Origin: the human T2T-CHM13v2.0 reference genome, Homo sapiens
DNA length: 64,000 nucleotides
Direction: 5' to 3' (one strand)
Assembly (NCBI RefSeq): GCF_009914755.1
Contig: NC_060944.1
Made by a program: the position numbers and the translations under genes. Shown here in pieces: positions 13,641 to 26,314 of this stretch; within the stretch, counting starts at the first letter, position 1, and every line of letters begins with the position of its first letter. Under the pieces are notes generated by a model. It did not search any database, had not been told where the DNA came from, and saw only the letters and a program-made list of their open reading frames with translations.

Positions 13641-14982
13641 GTTGCAGAAATTCTACGGAGATGATGTGTGGCTCCTGCACAGCACTGGGCTTGCTGCGAT
13701 GTTAGTACCATCACTTTTGCATGAGATCATGCAGAAGTGATGGTGGTGGAAGCCTCTGTGCTAGTCACTGGTACTGAGGCCACACGGGCTTTTGATCCTT
13801 TCAGGACGTTTCCAGGATAAGAGATCCGTGTCTCACCTCTGCAGCAACAGTTGGGAAGAATGCCTTCTTCTGAGTGAATGCATGAGCCTGTCTTACCTGT
13901 TTCTGCTTTCATTCCCAACTATGTCCTCAAGAGAGTTCACACAAGCCCCTCCCATCAGTCTTGTAGAATTGCAACTTTAAGCAGACCTGACACTATAGAA
14001 ACAATAATTGGCAAGACATTCACAAGGAGCAAAAATGGTCATTTCCTCAGGCACCAAAAAAGTATAACCTAGTTCTGAGGTTCCAGAAAATGATGGCTGG
14101 AATGACCCTGAAGTCTGCACCACCATAACAAAAATGCAGCCTCATTGCTCTCCTTCTGATAGCTATAATCCTCCACATGAAAGCAGGCATAACTATTATT
14201 TTAGATGACATCCCCTTTTTAACTTTAAGCAGTGTTCTTTAAACATTTCTAAACTTTCCCAATTTCTCCCCAACACCATGCTATGAATTTGCTTGTCACT
14301 GTAAGCTGTACACAAAGAGAGACACATACAGCAAGCACAAAGATATCAGGAAGTGGTTTTCCTAGCAACAGTAATCATCTGAAAGATCCCAGAACACCCT
14401 TTCTATTCATACAGCAGTTCGTGTTTTGAATAGTGCTGACAGGTGAAGTGGATTCATGGTATTTAATACAAAAAATATTGCTGGGGATTGGTACTGCACA
14501 AAAGCTCAAATATCCATACTATTCACAAGCAGCTGAATTCACTGTTTTTATATCTATCGAGATTATTTAGTGAGGCACAATTGCAAAAGCAAATATTCAC
14601 CTGCTCACCGAATGACTAATCCGGGGTGTATTATGGAAAGTCTGATTCCCTAGACCTCATTCAGGCAACTGGGACACAGTTCTAAATCAAGTCCAGCTCG
14701 CTCCATGCAAGACAGTCTTGTGGGTAGTTCTGAATGATAAAGAGACATCCCCCTCTCCAGTTCCCTCAGCAGATGTGTCCAGTTTAAAATAAAAATGAGT
14801 CAACGCTGTTGACAAAAATCACCCACCCCCAAGGAACTCCATCTAGTTATTGCTTTGACTCTATCAGAAACACTCCCAAATCACTCCTCCCATCCTCTCA
14901 CCAGCCACGTACAAAGCAAAGTTATCCCTGAAGGTGAAACAAAAGAGAACAAAAAGTAAAACAGCAAAAAACTAGAGTTCTC

Positions 14983-15072
14983 TCAGAGAGACAGAGATTG
15001 AGAGAGAGAGAGAAAGAGAGAGAGGGAGAAAAAGGGAGGCAGGGAGTGGGAAAAGAAAAGAAAGAGAAAGAA
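14983..15072. repeat. GA-rich polypurine tract
   Basis: (GA)n and GAAA-rich run. Confidence 0.85.
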
Positions 15073-15629
15073 TGTCCCAAGATGCAAAGGAGACTGCAGG
15101 AGAATGCTTGGAGCATAATTCCGTAAAGAGAGAGTGTGTGTTTAAGTCACACAGCCTTACAATCCATGTGAAACTCCATAAGGTTTTTATTATTACCATT
15201 ATTCTCTTTTTTAATTAAAAAACACATAATATGTACAAACCTACCACACATACAAACCTGTGCCTTGCACTGGGGGTAAGAGAGGTCTCATTCTTAGGTT
15301 TACAAGTTAGCTAATGAGATGGAATAATAAGGGAAAGTTGTAAGCAGCAATTGATGTCTGCAAATACTAAGTTTCACTCTTTAGCAATATATGGCTGCCT
15401 ACATGTTGATACGGAGAGGGGGAGTGGCTGTAATACAGGGTAGTTAAGTGGAGGCATTTGAAGGTTTGAATTCTAGCTGTGTGGTTGAGAGCAAATTTGT
15501 GGAATATGGCAGTCATACTTACCTTACAAGACTGTTGGACAGATTGAACACGACAATGCCCTCAACACATCTAAAGCACTTAAGGGTAGCTACAATTCAC
15601 AGAGGGTGCCAATCAAAGACATGCCACTT

Positions 15630-16130
15630 AAAATGACAATGGTCTACTATTTCACACCCCTAAAATTAACAAAATTTAGAAGTCTTATAATATCAAATAT
15701 TGTCAGAGGACGTGGAAATCTGCATTGCTACCAGGAATGTAAAAGGTACAAGCATGTTAGAGATGTATCTGATGCCACTTAAGATGTGTGTACTCATTGC
15801 TGGAGCCAGAAGTTCCACTCTAGGGTGTATTCATTAGTAAGATTCTCATAAGTATAACCAAGGAGACCTCTGTGAAAATGAATGTGCTCTGCTTTTAATA
15901 CTGAGAGATCAGAAAAACCTAAATGCTTATCCATAGGAAAATAGATAAGCAAATAGTGGTATATTCATACAGCAGTTAGAATGAGTGAACAAGGCTTGAA
16001 TTTATCAATACAGCTAAATCTCCAAGACATAAAGTTGAGCACCCAAAGCACGTTGGGCAGATGGATATGAATGATGTGATGCCATGCATAAAATGTTTAA
16101 AATGGACAAAACAAACCCCTACTTCGTAGT
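15630..16130 (+). mobile_element. Ancient L1 (L1ME-type) 3' fragment
   Basis: ggaatgtaaaaggtacaagc...ttccactctagggtgtat...aacctaaatgcttatccatagg...gtggtatattcatac. Confidence 0.65.
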
Positions 16131-17564
16131 GTACATATAAAACATTTTGTGGTAATTTTTAAAAATAGATTATTAGCAGACTTAGCTAAAAGAATGGGGA
16201 ACATAGACAGAGCCTGACCCATAGTCCATAAACTTGCTAGTACTGACAGTATACAAAACACTTTGGGATGGTTCATGAAAATTCTTGTTTTAATGACTAT
16301 TAGAAAATATTTTTAATGTATAACGTAAAGAGGTTGTTTTAACAATAAAATCGTAAGTCATAAATTAAATAATTAATACTCAGATGTGGTAACAAAAGAG
16401 TGGTTTTCAATTGGGAAACCCTTCATTCAAAGCAACTGCTTTGATTCCATATGTATTCCAAAGAACTTCCCACTTCCTCCCACTCCACCTTCCAACAAGG
16501 TACATGTCAAATAAATACATAAACATATAGAAGAAACAAAAGTCACAGTCATCCATTGTCCATCCCTCTGGCAAAATCAACAAAGACAAGAGGTACAAGC
16601 GGTTAGAGGCTCCCATGATGTTTCTTATTCCAGGCACTCAGGCTGAGAGCCTCTTAGGGCTGCTGAATCTGTGCTCTTTGTTGTTAGATGGGATAAATGT
16701 ATGTGGATGTACTGCCTTTTGGATTCTTTTAAAAACTGTTCACATTCCAAAGGCCATGTGTGTCCCTTGTTTCTCCGTGACTGATCAAAAGAGAGCTACA
16801 TTTCAAGATTTATGAAATGCATGTCATTATTCATGCTGATGGAGTTTGTCTTAGAGCCAAACCACGAATGGGCAATTGCATGAACACTGACCCATAGGCC
16901 TACCAAGAAGGGGCTGGAAGAGAATGAAAGGCAAAAAGAATAGGTCAAAGAGGAGCCAGGGGTCCCACGTGATATCAGAGTCACAGCAGAGATAGCACCT
17001 CTGTGAAAAAGGAGAAAATAACACTCAGCTCAATTTTTTAAAATTCCATTAAGCACAAAACTGTGTCCTGCTCCCTGTATTAACAAACACTAATATAGAG
17101 AGATAAATACAGAGAGTTACAGAGAAATAAAACATATCCCTTTCCCTAGAAAGTCTTCCAATAAAAAACATATGAGTGAGAAGACAAATAATTAAATTGA
17201 TAATTTCAGAAAGTACTATTTCAGAAGGAAGTATTTCACAAAATGTGTTCACAGGAGGGACAGCCAACCCAGAAGGGTGATAGAGGATGAACATGGAAGA
17301 CTATCTTAAGGAGATAAAACCTGACCTGAGTTTCAAAGTTTTAAAGCACGTGGGTAAAAATCCACTTGGCCAAGCAGACAATGGAGTCCCTTTGTTCCTT
17401 CCATTTTGTCCTTCCACAGCTATTTACTGATTATTTATTGTGTCCTAAGTATTGGGAATATAATAGTAACCAAAATTAGACATGGCTCTGCCCTTCGGAG
17501 CTTATGATACAGTGGGGAATTCAAACATAAATGTGAACTCTGTAATCTAGAGTACAAGGAACTC

Positions 17565-18340
<776 letters not shown>

Positions 18341-18369
18341 GATTAAGTAACTGAAACTGATAAAAATTA

Positions 18370-18880
18370 CAATTTTGACAATTGCCATACAAGGGAAGTA
18401 TGCAATGCAATGGGCAATAGTGAGGGAAGCAAGGGAATGTGGCTTGGGTTATGGGAGAGGTGTAAGTTTTAACTAACAAAGGGAGCATGAAAGAACATTC
18501 CAGAAGAGGGACCCGACATGTGCAAATATGCCTTGAGGGGGCAAGGCTGTAGGAAGCCAGGGATGCTGAGACAGAGCTGAAAGTTAAGGGATGCCGGGAG
18601 AGGGCTGATGCAGGTCAGTGAAATGAGGCTGGAGTGGTGGGCAGAGGTCTGGCAGTGTAGAGACAGAGAGCAGGTGCATAAGGCATAGAAAAGGAAAATA
18701 AGGCAGTGCATTCAGAGACGGCACATGGTCAAGTTTGGTTAAAGGCCAAATGCTGTGCCAGAGAGAGAAAAGGTGAGGTTGCACAGGTTGCAGGACTCAG
18801 AGAACAGCAAATATTGAGGGCTGTGGTAACAAGTCAGACTTTATCTTGAGGGTACTAGGAGTCATTGAACAATTGATTGG
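18370..18880 (-). mobile_element. L2 fragment
   Basis: aagaacattccagaagagggacc...tgtgcaaa...ccttgagg, antisense L2 motifs. Confidence 0.5.
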
Positions 18881-18928
18881 CCTGCCCTTAAGAACCTCAC
18901 ACTTGGTGAGCTGGTGTATCAATCAGAC

Positions 18929-18936
18929 ATATATAT

Positions 18937-18979
<43 letters not shown>
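18929..18979. repeat. (TA)n(CA)n microsatellite
   Basis: About 19 CA units preceded by TA units. Confidence 0.95.
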
Positions 18980-18983
<4 letters not shown>

Positions 18984-18984
18984 A

Positions 18985-19597
18985 CAGACACTGAATCAGT
19001 GACATTGTTCCTAGGGGAATTACATAATTAGGTTCCTATAAGCCTCTGGTCACATTTTTGCCAACTGATGAATATATGATCTTGTACGATGTGTGTTTAT
19101 GTTCAAAGACACCTTCTTCAGTATATATTCTTGATTCATTAACATTGAACTTACAACCAACAGCACTATTACTCATGCCGGAACAAGCTTACCTGGCATA
19201 CCTATTTCCCCTGCAAGGCACATCACAGCCTTCTTGTGCTTACAATACCTAAGCACTAGACAGCACTTTTTAGCACTACCCTTAGGGGCCATTTTAAACA
19301 GCAAAATCATGAACAAAAAGCACAAAAATGTGAAAAACATGGCACTGAACAGACCACAAAAAGGACTCCTGTTAACAGTGTGAGAACTGAAACAAGAAGG
19401 CAGAGCAGTGTTCTGTTTTGTTTTTTTTTTTCAGTCTCAGCCTGGAACATGTGAATCAAGTGACTCAAATCTTTTGCCTCTCTGTGCTCGTTTGCAAATG
19501 ACTGTGAAAGCTCTCTGAGTATTGATTTCAGGGTGACAAATAACTTTTAGTAAGTAGAATTAGAAATATGGAATCCGTGAATAATGAGGATCGACTA
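18985..19597. mobile_element. MER82 (TcMar-Tigger)
   Basis: cctaggggaa...gcctctggtcaca...ttaggggccattttaaacagc...atggaatccgtgaataatgaggatcgact, with a Tigger-type terminus. Confidence 0.75.
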
Positions 19598-19599
19598 TA

Positions 19600-19904
19600 C
19601 AGCATTGCAAAGGCTGGCAAGTCCAAAATCCATAAGGCAGCAGGCTGAACACTCCCAGGCAGGAGCTCACGCTACAGTGATGGGCAGAATTTCTCTTTCC
19701 TTGGGGAAACCTCAGTTTTGTTCTCAGGAACTTTCCACTGCTTGGAGGAGGCCCATCCACATTATCAAAGATAAACTCTTCTACTTACAGTCAACTGACT
19801 GTAGATGTTGAACACATTACAAAATACCTCCACAGCAACACTAGCGTTTGATCAAATAACTGGTACTGTAGCCTAGCCAAGTTGACACATAAAACTAACC
19901 ATCA
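19600..19904 (-). mobile_element. MLT2 (ERVL) LTR
   Basis: Ends in tagccaagttgacacataaaactaaccatca, the reverse complement of the MLT2 5' end. Confidence 0.8.
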
Positions 19905-20257
19905 ATTATGGCATTGAAAGGAAGGAGAAATGCAGGCAGTAAACCATATAAACTGTTCAGGTGGAAAATGCTGCTAGTTGGACCCTGCTTTTAAGAAATT
20001 TTAGAATCTTTTTGCTTTCCTCTTAGCATTTTAAAGTGCTCTACACCTCCAGATCGTGGTCCTTGCTCTCCACAGCCATTTGTCCCTCCATCCAGTCCTG
20101 TCCCTCCAAGGCAGGAGAAAACACTACATTTTGAGAAAATGTCCTACTACACTTGTAGCATATTTCCCCTTGGCATCTCAAGTACTTAGTTCAATATCAT
20201 TCCATTTTCCTTAAGATGTGAAACACATTTGAGAAGGCAGACATACTGCAACATCAT

Positions 20258-20870
20258 TGGGGAATATTTTAGTTGCAAGTAACAGAATATTTGACCTAGA
20301 GTAGCTTAAAAGACAGTTGTTTATGTTTTTGTTTTAAATCATCATCCTTAACAAAAACTCTGCAGATATGTGTTGTTGGGTTGGTTTAGAGAAGGGTTCA
20401 GCAAACCATGGCCAGTGGATCAAATCTACACTGCAGCCTGTGTCTCTCTTTTTTTTTCTACAGCCCCCAAATTAAGAAAGATTGCTAAAGCAACAGCAGC
20501 AATAGAGACCATGGGCGGCCCACAAAGCCTAAAATGTTTAATACCTGGCTGCTCACAACACAAGCTTTTTGGCCTCTAGTTTGGAGATTCAACCCTGTCT
20601 TCCAGGACTCAGCCTCCATCTTGCTGCTGTCCTGGGGCTACTGGCGTCATCTTCCCTCATAGATAGCTGCCCCAGCTCCAAGAATCCCATCTACATGCCC
20701 CTGTCTTAAAAGGAAGTGGAACTTCCACACTCATCTCCCAGGAGGGATGGTCTTTCCCAGAAGGTCCCAGCTGGTACTCCCACGGCTTCCATTGGTTGAA
20801 GTGCAGTCACATGGGCTAGCTGCAGAGGAGGCTGGGAAGGGGCACAAAGTGTGTCTTCCCACTCCTCCCT
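20258..20870 (-). mobile_element. Old MLT1 (J/K/L-type) LTR interrupted by a MER58-like MITE (~20390-20580)
   Basis: ttagttgcaagtaacagaa...gtcacatgg..tagctgcagaggaggctgggaa. The internal part carries tcagcaaaccatggcc...ggcccacaaagcctaaaat. Confidence 0.6.
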
Positions 20871-21315
20871 GTGGGAGGAGCCTCCTCCCATCATGAGGCT
20901 GGGATTGGCTGCCGGGGAAACATCCTCCAGAATTCATTCACCAGGAATGCTTCACCTCTTTAGGACTATTTATAACAGTATCAACCTTGTAATCCATAAG
21001 GACAGAGATCCCCTGTGGTTGGAGGCTGGTTGGTGCTATAGTACTACCCTCTCTTCTTTTGGGGGTGCAGAAGAAAGAACCTTTATGAAATGACTAATTT
21101 GTCTTCAAATCTAAGCTCTTAAGAGTGTTTTATATCTTAATCTGCATAGTGGTTACCCAGGCATAAACATATGTAAAAATTCATTATGGTATACACCTAA
21201 AGTTCTGTTCAGTTTACTATACGTTGGTGATATCTTAATAAAAGAGGGACAGATAAAATTGCCAAAGGAAGAGGCCTTTAAACCCTCCTTTAGATATCTA
21301 AATACACAGAGAGAT

Positions 21316-21317
<2 letters not shown>

Positions 21318-21355
<38 letters not shown>

Positions 21356-21456
21356 TCACACAGACAGACACAGATATCTTATATCCACATACGTACATAT
21401 CTTACATCCCACATCCTATATATATGTGTGTGCGCACACACACACACACACACACA
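21318..21456. repeat. Two (CA)n microsatellites (21318-21352 and 21434-21455)
   Basis: Direct observation. Confidence 0.95.
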
Positions 21457-22727
21457 GAGCAATGATAGCATATGTTGAGTTCTATTAGGCCACCTGATAC
21501 ATTGGGGGGTGGCTGTAAAGCAAGCACATTGGGGACTTTCTCAGGCAATCATGTCTTACAAGAAGCTCTTGCTTTCAGCTTGTACCCACCTCTTGCCAGC
21601 ATGCTTCCTAAATCTCCTGGATTTGTTTAGTCCTAGATAAGACACAGTTACTCCCACCACAGAAGATATGAGACCAGAGAAAAGGAAACACCCATTTCTT
21701 TGTGACATCTTCCTTTAATAATCAGTAGAGCTAAATAATTTAAAATCCCTGTAATGGTGACTTTTTTTCCTTGCTTTTCTTCTTGGAACACAAGGGGCTA
21801 ATTAAAAGTGGGAAAGTTCTTGTTTGATCAGAAATTCTTGTGTTTTGGCAAAAGAGAAACTCTAATATTCAGAAAGAGCTTTAATTGGCTTTAGAGCCAC
21901 TAAATTTCCTTTCCTTATTTAGGACATTACGAATGAGCTGTTCTCTCTGGACCACAAAGAAAAGGTATGGTAATTGGACCAGAGGAACCAGGGCTCCCAG
22001 CCAGAGGAACCAGGTTTTCAGCTGAAAGATGGTCTTTCGATTTGAATCTATGGGATTATCTTTTAACCTAACTCCGTGTGATTCCTCTCTGAGAACCTCT
22101 CGTAAGTTCTGGTCTTTTGGCTGACTTCTCTCCATAAATGACTCTATTACTAGAGCAGTAAGCTTGTTTATTGAGGAAGCTGTGTGTGGTGGTCCCTAAT
22201 GGAGCATGTCAGCATAAAAGCCCCATTATACTGAAGCAGGCGTAGGTCCATCCATTTCATGAAGCACTCTTTCCTGGATTTATTAGTATTAGTACAGGAA
22301 AAGTGAGTGCTCTATGTAGCACAGACTTTTGAAACCAATGTGCTCTCACCACTAGAAAAGGCAGGAAAAAGAATTCCCCGGGCTCATAGGTGCTCCTACC
22401 AAGAAGAACCATGGACTTCGTCAAAAGATGAACAATGTTGGAAGTCAGTACAAAATAGCAAAAGGACATCTTTATGGAAAATTTGCAAATGTTCTTTCCA
22501 TGGCAGTGACCCTAAAAGCTGATATGTCTATTGGTTAGCAGACTGCTTTTAGTTCTCATTTGTTGATAAATGCTATGATGAAGACGATTAAGTCAGAAGA
22601 AAGTTACAACCAAGTCAATTTAGTATTAGAAATACTTTTTGTTTTATAAAGTGCCTATCTATTGACTCTTGCCAGTTCTTTTTTAATAATTAAAACAGGG
22701 GCCCATTTATCCACTAACTGGGACATG

Positions 22728-22775
22728 CTTGCATGAAGGTGTTTATTGATCTTGCATGAAGGTGTTTATTGATCT
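22728..22775. repeat. Perfect 23-bp tandem duplication
   Basis: cttgcatgaaggtgtttattgat twice, followed by ct. Confidence 0.97.
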
Positions 22776-23892
22776 GTCATTGCAAAGAGCATACTCTTGC
22801 TGTCTTCCCTGCACATCTTTCAAACAGTGGCTGGTATTGTCACCTAGCAGTGAGACTGGTGGGAAATGACAGCGATGGCAACTTTGGGGGATAGCTTCTC
22901 CCAGTAAGGAAGGCAAATTCTACAAAAAGAATGAAGCACAGCAGAAAAAGTGAAGCGCTGGTTCTTACAAGGTATTTGCACTGACCCTATTTACGTCTTT
23001 GGAATGTCTGTTTGATCACCTGCTGAATCTTTGGAACTATCTATGAATAATAGATTAGGCACTTGGGCTGTCTTAGGTTTGTGATGTCTTGTCCTCTCTT
23101 AAAAAGAACTTTGGTGCAGGTTACTTATTACCGATCAACACACTACACACTTCCCTATCTTACCTAAAAAGTATCAATATTTTTGCTGTGTTGTTGGCCA
23201 ATGCAAAGATTATAAAGCGTCACCTTAATAACTAAGATTTCTGGGTTAAGTGTGAGAAGTACTAGGCTATGACTGCTGGTGGACAGTTAGCTAAATAATT
23301 CAAGAAGATCTTATGGCTCCATAAAATGAATAACTGCAACTCCTTTGTCTATATCCCCTTCTGCTGATCATGAGGAGTATATAAATAAGGACTCTATTTG
23401 GTTTCATGTGATAAATATCTGCTGGATGTGGCTTAAGTAAAACAAGAGGGATTTATTTTAAAGATATTCAGTGTTTTAGGGCATGCAAAGAGAAGTAAAG
23501 CAAATGAGTCTTAGAAGAAATCTGAAACCAGGGACTAAAGTGCCAATGAGATTTTTGTTCCAGCTCTAATTTCTACCTCTCTTGGGGCATCTGCAGCAAA
23601 ATGACCTACGCAAATTGGGCTTTACACAACTACAAGTTTCTTTTTGGCCAATATCATTGACTCCCAACAGTTTAGAGAAAGGGGTCAATTATTTGTCTGC
23701 TTCGACAATTCACAACCAGGTTTCAAAAAAAACAAGTCTCAGGCCAAATTTTGATACTTATTAACAAGCTGGCACAAAACAGGAATAGTCCCTTTTTCAA
23801 GTTTGACAAAGACCTACCTCTCTCCTTTTAGTTACCTCAACAACATTTTGCATGAGGAGTCTTCTGGAAGCCCAGGGAATGATAGTCTAGCA

Positions 23893-24199
23893 CAGGAGGT
23901 GGCACACTTTTTCGGTAAAGAGTCAGATAGTAAATATCTTAGGTTTTGCAGACCATATGGTCTCTGTTACAACTACTCAACTCTGTCTTAACACCAACAC
24001 AGCCATTGTCAATATTCATCTCTTTCGATAAATTATTTGGACAGAAATTGGAATTTCATAGAATATTCACATGTCAAAAATATACGTCTTTTGATTTTTT
24101 AAACTATATCAATATTAAAAAATTCTTAGTTCGTGAACTGTGCAAAAAAGAAGGTGGTGGGCTAGAATTGGCCCAGGGGCCATAGTTTGCTGACCTCTC
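23893..24199 (+). mobile_element. MER58B (hAT-Charlie)
   Basis: gtaaagagtcagatagtaaatatcttagg...ggccatagtttgctgacc. Degenerate 8-bp TSD gtctagca / ctttagca. Confidence 0.8.
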
Positions 24200-24209
24200 C
24201 TTTAGCAGC

Positions 24210-24630
24210 GTATTTCTAATGACAGTGAGGTGACCAAGAATCCACCAAAGCAGCATGTAGTCACAAAACCTCTCACAAGTCACGCCTGGAACAATTTTGT
24301 GATGAGATGATTCTGCTATTATTTTTGCACATGGCTCTAAAAAGGAGTGTTGCATTATACCTTCTGCACACCACCATGAAGGTACGAGAACATTCTTTGA
24401 TAATAATAATGGCTTCCTAATATGCCTGGAAGCTCCCTCAACTTCCAGCCATTGTCCAAATCTCTTTTGATTGTCAGCCAGTATCCATTTTTTTCCCACA
24501 GGTTATATAATCTCCTCCAAAAATGTGTCTATGCTATTTTGAGGCTTAAGCAATAAGCGTTGCTCCAGCCATCTCAGTGTTTGATCTCGTATCCATTGGT
24601 GTGGTACCCACCGTCTAATGTCTTACCTCC
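24210..24630 (-). mobile_element. Fossil mariner (Tc1/mariner DD34D family) transposase fragment
   Basis: Minus-strand translation from 24610: WVPHQWIRDQTLRWLEQRLLLKPQNSIDTFLEEII*PVGKKWILADNQKRFGQWLEVEGASRHIRKPLLLSKNVLVPSWWCAEGIMQHSFLEPCAKIIAESSHHKI. This is collinear with the mariner motifs WVPHEL...FL.RIVTCDEKWILYDN...QWL...KP...KKVMVTVWW...G.IHYSFL.PG.TI. Confidence 0.88.
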
Positions 24631-25706
24631 TCTATTGTACACAGGTTCTGAGAGGCTGCCTTGGCAGAGATTCTTGTGTTTGCTGAGGGTTAGCTTTTAC
24701 CAGGACTTCTAATTGATAATTTAAAATGAGGATGAGACTCCATCTAGGCCCACTTTTGAGGTTTAGATACTCAGATCAAAAATTCTCAATGAACACAGAG
24801 CAGTCCTTTAGCGAAAAATGCCCTTCCCCAGATGTTTCTACCTGCCTTAGGTATTCCATCTCCCTGAAGACAGTCATATCAAAAGGATTCACAATTCTTT
24901 GATGAAACACACAGAAATTGTTTACTTTTGTGAGAAAAATGAACAATAATAAAAACAAATCAATTCTCAGAGAAAATTGAAAAGGACAGTAACTTCATAC
25001 ATTCCAAATAGCACAGCTAGAAATAGAATTTGTGCCAATTTTATTAATCATAATTTTTAACTGGTCAAATATTGGTGATTTCACCTGGTTCAAAGGAATT
25101 TGAAGTAAATTATATGTAACTTAACAGTCTCTGATTTTTTGTTTCCTTACTGCAAGTTGCCTTGTTCAGTTTCCCAAGTTTTAAATCATACAGTAGGGTT
25201 GCTGATGATCCCCAAGTTTTTACATTGTAAAGAGAGAGAGAGAGAGACAGAGAGAAACAGTGAGAATAAGAGATGGAGACAGACAGTGACAGGGAAAAGC
25301 ATAAACAGTGAAACTGACTATCTCCTTGGCCTAATCCTAGTTCCTGGAGGAGAGACTCTGACTAGTTCTTACCCCTTGACAAATCAGTGTGGTTGGAGTA
25401 GGGATGGAGCCAAAGTCATCGCATAAAGAAATTTCCAAGTGTCCACTCTTGTGGATCAGAGCAAGGTTGTAACCAGGACAGCTGCTATTGAAAGCACAAC
25501 AGAGATAGTATAATAAGTATCCTTCACAGATGCATCTTAGAGCTGCTATGTTATGGCTGTATTATGGTTCCATATGAGTCCTGAGATAAAGGAGTAATAT
25601 TCAAAATATTTAACATCAGGCATCAGTCAGTCAGAACCAATCCAGGTTATAAACAGGTGGCTGAGCCATACCAGTGAATACCCTAGTAGGATAGTATGGG
25701 CTCCTT

Positions 25707-26314
25707 GGTGTATATGTGCCACATTTTCTTAATCCAGTCTATCATTGTTGGACATTTGGGTTGGTTCCAAGTCTTTGCTATTGTGAATAGTGTCGCAATA
25801 AACATACATGTGCATGTGTCTTTATAGCAGCATGATTTATAATCCTTTGGGTATATACCCAGTAACAGGATGGCTGGGTCAAATGGTATTTCGAGTTCTA
25901 GATCCCTGAGGAATCACCACATTGACTTCCACAATACTATGCAGCCATAAAAAATGATGAGTTCATGTCCTTTGTAGGGACATGGGTGAAGCTGGAAACC
26001 ATCATTCTCAGCAAACTATTGCAAGGACAAAAAACCAAACACCACATGTTCTCACTTATAGGTGGGAATTGAACAATGAGAACATATGGACACAGGAAGG
26101 GGAACATCACACACCGGGGCCTGTTATGGGGTGGGTGGAGGGGGGAGGGATAGCGTTAGGAGATATACCTAATGTTAAATGACGAGTTAATGGGTGCAGC
26201 ACACCAACATGGCACATGTATACATATGTAACTAACCTGCATGTTGTGCACATGTACCCTAAAACTTAAAGTATAATAAATTAAAAAAAAAGGGGAAGGT
26301 ATTTGAAAAAAAAA
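25707..26314 (+). mobile_element. L1PA (PA3/PA4-like), 5'-truncated with 5' inversion; 17-bp TSD
   Basis: Antisense L1 at 25707-25935 is joined to a sense L1 3' end at 25933-26291. TSD gatagtatgggctcctt at 25690-25706 and 26315-26331. Confidence 0.95.

Noticed and set aside
23750-23892. Possible continuation of the mariner frame beyond MER58B
   Set aside because: Only faint similarity by eye (for example gac tat ... ttt, DY..F). It is not supportable without an alignment, so it is excluded from the feature bounds.
24104-24499. 131-aa ORF as an intact transposase gene
   Set aside because: It has a GTG start just after a stop, lacks the DNA-binding domain and the catalytic triad, and its C-terminus runs into MER58B. 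It is kept only as a fossil.
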